Positions 57,410 through 64,000 of a stretch of 64,000 bases of DNA are shown piece by piece (the stretch's first letter is position 1; every line of letters starts with the position of its first letter). The notes beneath the pieces were generated by a model. It made no database searches and was not told where the DNA came from. It saw only the letters and a list, made by a program, of their open reading frames with translations. Source of the DNA: a virus; the IMG/VR virus record IMGVR_UViG_3300040751_002535; one strand, written 5' to 3'. Position numbers and translations under genes: made by a program.

Positions 57410-58705
57410 ATGGCTACTAAAGATACACAAACTAAACTTAAAAACTGGGAACCAAATCCAGATATTACTCCAGAAGAGCTGGAAGAAATGCGTGTAGAAG
57501 TACTTGATCGCATTATTATTGCACGAATAGGGTTGCTACTACATCATCCGTTCTTTGGTAACATGGCTACACGTTTACGTATTCAGGCAGCAGATGAATG
57601 GCTAGGTACTGCTGCTGTAGATGGCAGAAACTTATACTTTAATACGCAATTCTTTAATGCTATGAATAACAAAGAAATTGAGTTTGTTATTGCACATGAG
57701 ATTTTGCATTGCGTATTTGATCACTTGGGTCGACGTGATGAACGCAATCCTATGTTGTATAACATTGCCGCAGACTACATTGTAAACAATCTACTTGTAC
57801 GTGATCGTATTGGTGTCAAACCTAGTATCGTAGATTGTTATCAAGACTTTAAATACGAAGGATGGACTAGTGAAGAAGTCTATGACGAGTTGTTTGAAGA
57901 AGCTAAAAAGAACGGCGAAGAGTATCTCAAACAACTTGGCGAAATGTTAGATGAACATTTGGACCTAGAAGGTGAAGATGGTGAAGATGGTGATAACGGC
58001 AAAGATGGAAAAGGCAGCAAAGGTCGTCCCAAGTACAGTAAAGACGAAATGGATCAGATCCGAGACGAAGTAAAAGAAGCTATGATCAATGCTGCTCAAA
58101 CTGCTGGTGCAGGTAATACACCTGCTGGAGTTGCACGTATGATCAAAGATCTTACAGAGCCTAAGATGAACTGGCGTGAGCTTATTCGTCAGCAAATCCA
58201 AAGTACTATCAAAAGCGACTTTACATTTAGCCGCCCTTCACGCAAAGGCTGGCATACTGGTGCTATTCTTCCAGGTATGGATTTCCAAGATACTATTGAC
58301 CTGTGTATCTGCATTGACATGTCGGGTAGTATTGGTAACTCGCAAGCCGCAGATTTCTTAGGTGAAATACAAGGCATTATGGATGAGTTCAAAGACTATA
58401 AGATCAAGTTATGGTGTTTTGATACTAGAGTTTATAACGAGCAAGACTTTAGTGCAGACAATGGTGAAAGCCTATACGACTATGAAATATTAGGTGGCGG
58501 CGGCACTGACTTTATGGTGAACTGGACTTACATGAAAGACAATGACATCCAGCCTAAGAAGTTTATTATGTTCACAGATGGATATGCTTGGGATAGCTGG
58601 GGTGATGAAGATTATTGTGAAACAGTATTTGTTATTCACTCACACCATGATAAAAACTTACAAGCGCCGTTTGGTGTTACAGCACATTATGAGGCGGCGG
58701 CTTGA
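57410..58705 (+). CDS. HExxH metallopeptidase-like plus VWA domain protein (MoxR partner)
   Basis: AHEILHC, IDMSGS MIDAS, GGGGTDF, FTDGY. Confidence 0.9.
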   Translation: MATKDTQTKLKNWEPNPDITPEELEEMRVEVLDRIIIARIGLLLHHPFFGNMATRLRIQAADEWLGTAAVDGRNLYFNTQFFNAMNNKEIEFVIAHEILHCVFDHLGRRDERNPMLYNIAADYIVNNLLVRDRIGVKPSIVDCYQDFKYEGWTSEEVYDELFEEAKKNGEEYLKQLGEMLDEHLDLEGEDGEDGDNGKDGKGSKGRPKYSKDEMDQIRDEVKEAMINAAQTAGAGNTPAGVARMIKDLTEPKMNWRELIRQQIQSTIKSDFTFSRPSRKGWHTGAILPGMDFQDTIDLCICIDMSGSIGNSQAADFLGEIQGIMDEFKDYKIKLWCFDTRVYNEQDFSADNGESLYDYEILGGGGTDFMVNWTYMKDNDIQPKKFIMFTDGYAWDSWGDEDYCETVFVIHSHHDKNLQAPFGVTAHYEAAA

Positions 58706-58980
58706 AACTAAAAGACCCTAATCCTCTCGATGTATTAGATATAAGGAGGGTAGATTTTTGCCCTCCTCATTTTACTACAATAAGTATTCCACGTAGATAT
58801 AACTTGGATCAAGTAATATGTGACTGGATTACTGAAAATCTATCCGGAAGATACTTTTTTGGTAACTCTATTCAGTTAGATGAAGTAAACAATCTTGTAC
58901 AGCAACATTATATTGGATTTGAAAGTTCAAAAGAACTTAGCTTCTTTATGCTGGCTTGTCCACATTTGAAGTACAACTAA
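58702..58980 (+). CDS. Hypothetical protein
   Basis: 92-aa ORF coupled to the upstream gene. Confidence 0.65.
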   Translation: MKLKDPNPLDVLDIRRVDFCPPHFTTISIPRRYNLDQVICDWITENLSGRYFFGNSIQLDEVNNLVQQHYIGFESSKELSFFMLACPHLKYN

Positions 58981-58989
58981 AACACTGGT

Positions 58990-58997
58990 TATAAATA
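58990..58997 (+). promoter_or_regulatory. T4-consensus late promoter TATAAATA
   Basis: Exact octamer upstream of an AAGGAG RBS. Confidence 0.6.
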
Positions 58998-59017
58998 AAT
59001 TATACAAGGAGTAAAAT

Positions 59018-59257
59018 ATGACCGAAAATACACAAGCAAATGAATTAAATATTCAAGATTTAGCATTAGCAAGAGCTGTTATCGAACTTGCAACAGAACG
59101 TGGTACATTTAAGGCTAATGAGTTGGCTAATGTAGGTGCGTTATATAATAAACTAGATGCTTTCTTAAAAGAAGTAGAAGCACAAGCCAAAGCAGCAAAA
59201 GAAGGTGCTGAAGCAGCAATGGCAGAAACTCCACAGGAGAATGAAGATGGCGCTTAA
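59018..59257 (+). CDS. Conserved hypothetical protein
   Basis: LNIQDL...ERGTFKANEL..VG.LYNKL. Confidence 0.75.
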   Translation: MTENTQANELNIQDLALARAVIELATERGTFKANELANVGALYNKLDAFLKEVEAQAKAAKEGAEAAMAETPQENEDGA

Positions 59258-59888
59258 ACATGTAGGCAGAGTTGCTGCCAATAGACGTAAAGTAGTTGTA
59301 GCATATCGAGTTATTCCAGGCGATCCTGATAACTGCTTGGTTGTACAAACAGAAAATCTTAGTGCAGACGAACATGACAGTTTGATTAGAGTTGTTGAAT
59401 CTGCTGCTGGTCAAGAAGCATACGAGTTTGCAGAAGCAATGGCTCGTGCATACTTACCCGACGGACGCAATATGCTGGCAGGATTTCAACAAACTGGAAA
59501 ACTAAGAAAAGTTCCAACCCAAGCTATTGAAATGACTCCAAATGGTAATACTACTATTGCTCTTAATGTACTAAACAGTACTATTGCGGAACAACAAGGT
59601 GTTACAGTAAACGATCTTGCACTTAAAGGACCCGGTGGTCAAACTGCTCCACAGCCAAGTAATCAATCAGAGCCAGCTGTTGATCCTACCGCAGTTTATA
59701 CTAACGAAACTACAGTCTCTGCAGACGATGTGCTCGATGATAATGCACTAGCTGCACAATACAGATCGCAAGCTGATGCCTTATACAAAGAAGCAAAAGC
59801 ATTACGAGCACAAGCTGAAGAGTTGGTGCCAACCATCAAGAAGAAAGCAAAGGTGACAGAAAAGAAAACTGAAACCAGTGACGGATAA
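59247..59888 (+). CDS. Conserved hypothetical protein
   Basis: LKHVGR...VVVAYRVIPG...; coiled-coil C-terminus. Confidence 0.7.
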   Translation: MALKHVGRVAANRRKVVVAYRVIPGDPDNCLVVQTENLSADEHDSLIRVVESAAGQEAYEFAEAMARAYLPDGRNMLAGFQQTGKLRKVPTQAIEMTPNGNTTIALNVLNSTIAEQQGVTVNDLALKGPGGQTAPQPSNQSEPAVDPTAVYTNETTVSADDVLDDNALAAQYRSQADALYKEAKALRAQAEELVPTIKKKAKVTEKKTETSDG

Positions 59889-60171
59889 AAACAAAGACGA
59901 GTATTGGGAAGAAATACTAAATGATATTGATATGGATTATATTCCATTAGAATATATCAATACTGTCATTGTTGGGTTTATTGATGGGAAAGAATGGGAA
60001 ATTGATATCAAAAAAACCAAACAATCTACCGACGATGTTGATTCTATACTAGAAGAGTTTTTTAAAGAATATGATGAAACAATCGATAAGGTTGATTTTA
60101 GATTAGATACTGAACGTTTAAAAAAAGACATTCAAAAAAGAACAACACGGTTTCTTAAAGTAAACAAGTAA
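59878..60171 (+). CDS. Hypothetical acidic protein
   Basis: 97-aa ORF. Confidence 0.65.
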   Translation: MTDKNKDEYWEEILNDIDMDYIPLEYINTVIVGFIDGKEWEIDIKKTKQSTDDVDSILEEFFKEYDETIDKVDFRLDTERLKKDIQKRTTRFLKVNK

Positions 60172-60172
60172 A

Positions 60173-60227
60173 AAAAGGCTATTACAACTGTATTTTTAGT
60201 ACAAAGTTGTAGTAGCCTTTTCCTTTT
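60173..60227 (+). terminator. Rho-independent (possibly bidirectional) terminator
   Basis: AAAAGGCTATTACAACT...AGTTGTAGTAGCCTTTT followed by a T-rich tract. Confidence 0.75.
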
Positions 60228-60250
60228 AAAAATAGTTTCTGCACAGATAT

Positions 60251-60258
60251 GATAAATA
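60251..60258 (+). promoter_or_regulatory. Late promoter GATAAATA
   Basis: Lies after the terminator and before a virion gene. Confidence 0.55.
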
Positions 60259-60286
60259 TATAAAACAGTACCTAGGAGACTTTAAC

Positions 60287-61993
60287 ATGGCTTTAAAGCT
60301 AAGACGCGGAACAGAAGCAAACAGGACAAGTATTACGCCAGCAGAGGGCGAAATAATATATGTTACTGATACTAAAAAACTATACGTTGGCGATGGAAGT
60401 ACACCCGGAGGTGTACTACAAGGTGGTAGCGGCGGCGGCAGTTTAACTGGTATCACCGATAATGCTACAGCATCGGTGTTAACGCTCGGTGACGCAAACA
60501 TTAGTATCGATGTTGATTTAAGCATTACCGGACAAGAAATTGTTGGTGATGGTGATATTAATATATCAGGAGATATTACAGCAAGCGGTGCAGGTACTGG
60601 CATAATAACCGCTAATAGTTTCATAGGTAATGTAACAGGTGATGTAACAGGTAATGTAACAGGCGATGTTGCAGGTAATACGACTGGATATCACACAGGT
60701 GATATGACAGGTAGTGTGTTTGGCAATGACTCAACTATAATCATTGACGGTGTTGAGAATACATTACACGGAAATTTAAAAGATGTTAATAAGGTATCTT
60801 ATGATACCTTGTTAAATATATCCAACGAAACAAATGGTGTAATAAGTTCTACATTTTTGTCTAATACTGGTGAAGCGTCATATCTAAAAATTAGAAGAAC
60901 AGATACTGGTACAGCGCCTGATCAGAATGTTGGTCTATTAGCTTGGGATCAAGTTGATGACACTGGTACAAAAACATATGTTTCTTTTGCTGGTTGGCAT
61001 TCAGGACTATATATTGGTACAGCATCTGATGGCGCAACATATAACCCAACAAACTATGTAGGCATAACTAATGGTAATATGGCTATCGGTGATTATACTC
61101 CAGCAGCAGGTTTAAGACTTGATGTAAGAGGTAACGTAAAAGCAACTGGTTTTGTACAAACAGGATCATTTACAACAGCCGAACGTGACGCACTTACAGG
61201 CGCCGAAGGTATGATGATCTATAATACTACAAACAGTAGATTCCAAATATACGAAGCTGGCAACTGGTTAAACATGCGTGAAGTATCCAGTGGCGGAGGC
61301 GGCAGTACTGACAACTATTCACATTGGAATATCACAGCAGACGATAGTACATTAAGAGTTGTTAACGGTCAAGAAACTATTGGTATACTTGGCGGAACTA
61401 ATATTACTACAACAAGTGATGCAGAAGGTAATATAACTATTACCAATACAGTAGTAGATTTTACTGATTTAGGTGTAACTCCGACAACACTAGCAGGTTA
61501 CGGCATTACAGATGCTATACAAGCAGGATCTGTATTTGATGTTAAAGGTAGTGTGTTTGCTGATGATAGTAGTACTATGATAGACGGCGCGGCCGGAAAG
61601 ATTGTCGGTCCTATCGAAACAACTAACGCAGTTATTTCAGGAACAATAGATAGCGCAGACTCAGCTGCAATCACATTTATTCCTGCTGTTGTTATGAACA
61701 GCGATGTTACTATAGAAAACAATCTTATAGTTACAAATAAGATTATTGCAGATACAATCGAAGTTGAAAACATCATTACTAATGCCAGCGGAACACCAGA
61801 GATATCAAGTGACACTGATATTATTCTTGCAGCAGGAACAAGAGTTGAGGTATCAAGTAGTCCGTTTAAACTAGCAAGTTTTACTACTGTAGAACGTGAT
61901 GCACTAGCTGCTGAAAATGGCGATATGATTTACAATACAACTGACAACAAATTCCAAGGATATGAGAACGGTGCTTGGGCTAACTTAATCTAA
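60287..61993 (+). CDS. Tail fibre/virion appendage protein
   Basis: LRRGT...PAEGE...TDTKKLYVGDG N-terminus; GNVTGDVT repeats; duplicated FTT.ERDAL...G.MIYNTT..FQ.YE.G.W module. Confidence 0.75.
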   Translation: MALKLRRGTEANRTSITPAEGEIIYVTDTKKLYVGDGSTPGGVLQGGSGGGSLTGITDNATASVLTLGDANISIDVDLSITGQEIVGDGDINISGDITASGAGTGIITANSFIGNVTGDVTGNVTGDVAGNTTGYHTGDMTGSVFGNDSTIIIDGVENTLHGNLKDVNKVSYDTLLNISNETNGVISSTFLSNTGEASYLKIRRTDTGTAPDQNVGLLAWDQVDDTGTKTYVSFAGWHSGLYIGTASDGATYNPTNYVGITNGNMAIGDYTPAAGLRLDVRGNVKATGFVQTGSFTTAERDALTGAEGMMIYNTTNSRFQIYEAGNWLNMREVSSGGGGSTDNYSHWNITADDSTLRVVNGQETIGILGGTNITTTSDAEGNITITNTVVDFTDLGVTPTTLAGYGITDAIQAGSVFDVKGSVFADDSSTMIDGAAGKIVGPIETTNAVISGTIDSADSAAITFIPAVVMNSDVTIENNLIVTNKIIADTIEVENIITNASGTPEISSDTDIILAAGTRVEVSSSPFKLASFTTVERDALAAENGDMIYNTTDNKFQGYENGAWANLI

Positions 61994-62004
61994 GGGCTAG
62001 AAAT

Positions 62005-64000
62005 ATGAGTGAACAATATTATTCGTTAGGAACGAATACAGCAGAACAATATATTGAAATACACGATCAACTTTGTGAAGCAACAAATGGGATTGCAAAT
62101 ATTCCAGATAGAGTATGCACATGCACAGATGAAAAAGAACATAGTCTTACAAGAGGAAGTTTTTCCTTAACAGATGCAGAAGCAACTGCACTAAAAGCAG
62201 ATCCACGTATAAAGTTTATTAATATCGATTACTCAAAATATCCTGAAACATATAAAGCGCCGCCGGACGAACTTTATGCAAGTGCTCCAAAAAACTTTAA
62301 TAGATACAAAAATACAGTTAAAGTTTACAAAGAAATGGAAACTTCAAACACATTACCCGGCACACCTGATTCAACAGATATCAATAGAACCAACTGGGGA
62401 ACATTAAGAGGTAGCACACTAGTCGATCCTTGGATAGAAGGCGGTGACGCAGATAACGTTGTAAAAACAAGTAAAATACCTCAATGGGGAGACGGCAAGC
62501 ATGTTGATGTTATTGTAGCTGATGATGGTGCTGGATGGATTGGTCACCCTGAGTTCAATAGAGACACAGAAGGCGAAAAACCAAATGGATACGTAGGTGG
62601 TAATCTACTACCAGGTAACGGAAGTTGCGATGTACTAGATTTAGTGTTAGATGCACCCTATTATTTAGATCCAGATTATTTTAATGCAGATCCAGATAAT
62701 AGACTTATAACACGCTGGGATGGTACTATTGTACCTGTAGAAAGTTTTGCAAGAGGTTGGTGGACAAGCACAGGCAATAGAAGTAGTGTATTCAATGCAA
62801 AGTTTCCTAGTGCGGGTATCGTATCGTCTATTACAAGCTCTTACACAAGAGCATACTGCAACGGCACAAATACAACACCAAGCACTGTAGGACAGCACTG
62901 TACGCCCTGTATGGCGCTTACATACGGTAGAACACAGGGCTGGGCATACAACGCTAACAAATGGACACTTAACTTATATGGCACTAATGGTACTGACATC
63001 GAACCAGGCTTTGATTTACAAAAAATATTCCACAATACAAAACCAGTAAATCCTGCATACGGCACACAAGACCCTACTGTAAGTTCAAACAGTTGGGGAT
63101 ATCGTGCAAGCAAAGGTGATAACCCAGGATGGTATCATTTTAGAGAAGATTCACCTGTAACATATGCAGGAACAGGTGCAGAACCTACATTTATCTCGCA
63201 CATGGGATCACAAGGGGATGGCGGTCGCTGGAAAAGTGAAATGAAAACCAACTCACTTACAACTGCATTAGACGAACTTATCGACAGCGGAGTAATATTT
63301 GTGTGTGCTGCTGGTAATAGTAACCAAAAACAAACCAACTGGGGGCATCCTGATTTTGACAACTATATCAGTGCCAACAGCGATGACACACTTGAGGAGA
63401 GTAGTTATGCTGAATTTGGAGTTGCAGTAACCGGTACAACCAATAGACGTGGATTTCCACAACAAGGTGGCAAACATGATTTAAGTGACGGTCTTGGTAG
63501 CGATTTCTTTAAGCGTGAACTTACAGTTAATGGTGTACGTATTGTAGGAGCCGGTAGCGTTGGTGGGCAGGTAGCAGTGCCAGATGCATGGTTAGAAAAA
63601 GTTGGACGTATGTTTGAACTTTTCTTAGACAAAAATGCCGCAGGTATTAATGAAGCTGCACAAAGAACTGTTATTAAAACACTCAGTGGTGACGCAGGAA
63701 CTTATCATGCAGCCCAAGGACCAACACTACAACGAGTAGCAAGAGGCGCCGGTGGAGACTATAGCACAAACTTCTTAACAGATGATGGTATTACTTTTTG
63801 GAATCTATCACCACTATTTGATAGCCATGTAGCAAACGATATGGTTTGGTATTTGAATTCAACCGGCGATGGTTACGGAGACGGTGACAACGATGCACAA
63901 GAAGTTATTGAACACGTATTCCATACACTTCATATGCATGGACTTGATGCTGTGTCATTAAAGTTGTATTCTTATATTAGTGCAGACTGGGCAAGTGGTC
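62005..64000 (+). CDS. S8 subtilase-like virion protein, 3'-truncated (not in ORF track)
   Basis: Frame 1 is open to the window end: VDVIVADDG (Asp at 62521), QHCTPC (His at 62896), SNSWG, VCAAGN. Confidence 0.8.
   Translation, partial: MSEQYYSLGTNTAEQYIEIHDQLCEATNGIANIPDRVCTCTDEKEHSLTRGSFSLTDAEATALKADPRIKFINIDYSKYPETYKAPPDELYASAPKNFNRYKNTVKVYKEMETSNTLPGTPDSTDINRTNWGTLRGSTLVDPWIEGGDADNVVKTSKIPQWGDGKHVDVIVADDGAGWIGHPEFNRDTEGEKPNGYVGGNLLPGNGSCDVLDLVLDAPYYLDPDYFNADPDNRLITRWDGTIVPVESFARGWWTSTGNRSSVFNAKFPSAGIVSSITSSYTRAYCNGTNTTPSTVGQHCTPCMALTYGRTQGWAYNANKWTLNLYGTNGTDIEPGFDLQKIFHNTKPVNPAYGTQDPTVSSNSWGYRASKGDNPGWYHFREDSPVTYAGTGAEPTFISHMGSQGDGGRWKSEMKTNSLTTALDELIDSGVIFVCAAGNSNQKQTNWGHPDFDNYISANSDDTLEESSYAEFGVAVTGTTNRRGFPQQGGKHDLSDGLGSDFFKRELTVNGVRIVGAGSVGGQVAVPDAWLEKVGRMFELFLDKNAAGINEAAQRTVIKTLSGDAGTYHAAQGPTLQRVARGAGGDYSTNFLTDDGITFWNLSPLFDSHVANDMVWYLNSTGDGYGDGDNDAQEVIEHVFHTLHMHGLDAVSLKLYSYISADWASG

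Noticed and set aside
1-64000. The many minus-strand and nested ORFs in the track (e.g. 6554..6988, 27716..28177, 50422..50916, 60226..60624)
   Set aside because: They overlap well-supported + strand genes and lack RBSs or motifs; treated as shadow ORFs.
1-64000. tRNA, rRNA or CRISPR arrays
   Set aside because: Intergenic gaps are short and I saw no cloverleaf or repeat-spacer pattern; the repeats found are in-frame coding repeats. No scan was run.
1-64000. Stop-codon reassignment
   Set aside because: Conserved genes are full length in the standard code, and TAA, TAG and TGA all end genes.

Overview
A 64-kb, AT-rich, gene-dense segment of a large (probably jumbo) T4-like tailed dsDNA phage, read in the standard code with all but one real gene (phoH) on the + strand. 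FdxA, MetK and spanins point to a Gram-negative, probably alphaproteobacterial, host (inference). In order: a split DnaE fragment and radical-SAM/nucleotide-metabolism genes (clamp loader, fdxA, folA, thyA); inverted phoH; a lysis cassette (GH19 endolysin, two spanins, holin candidates); dnaJ-def-clpA; about 9 kb of putative internal head/ejected proteins sharing an M(K/R)xxE leader (one ADP-ribosyltransferase-like, one with annexin-like repeats); an ATP-grasp plus aminoacyl-protein-transferase pair; PolB and sliding clamp; an 18-kb DNA-modification region (DpdA-like transglycosylase, DpdL-like T-fold protein, FolE, QueE, glycosyltransferases, nucleotide-sugar enzymes, a PD-(D/E)xK nuclease, and an oxygenase/radical SAM/PLP/amidinotransferase/MetK island); aldolase, RNase H, MoxR-VWA; and late virion genes ending in a subtilase that runs off the window. 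The best candidate for an undescribed system is the QueC-less 7-deazaguanine locus coupled to sugar and guanidino tailoring enzymes and a nuclease. All family calls come from motif recognition by eye; no searches were run.
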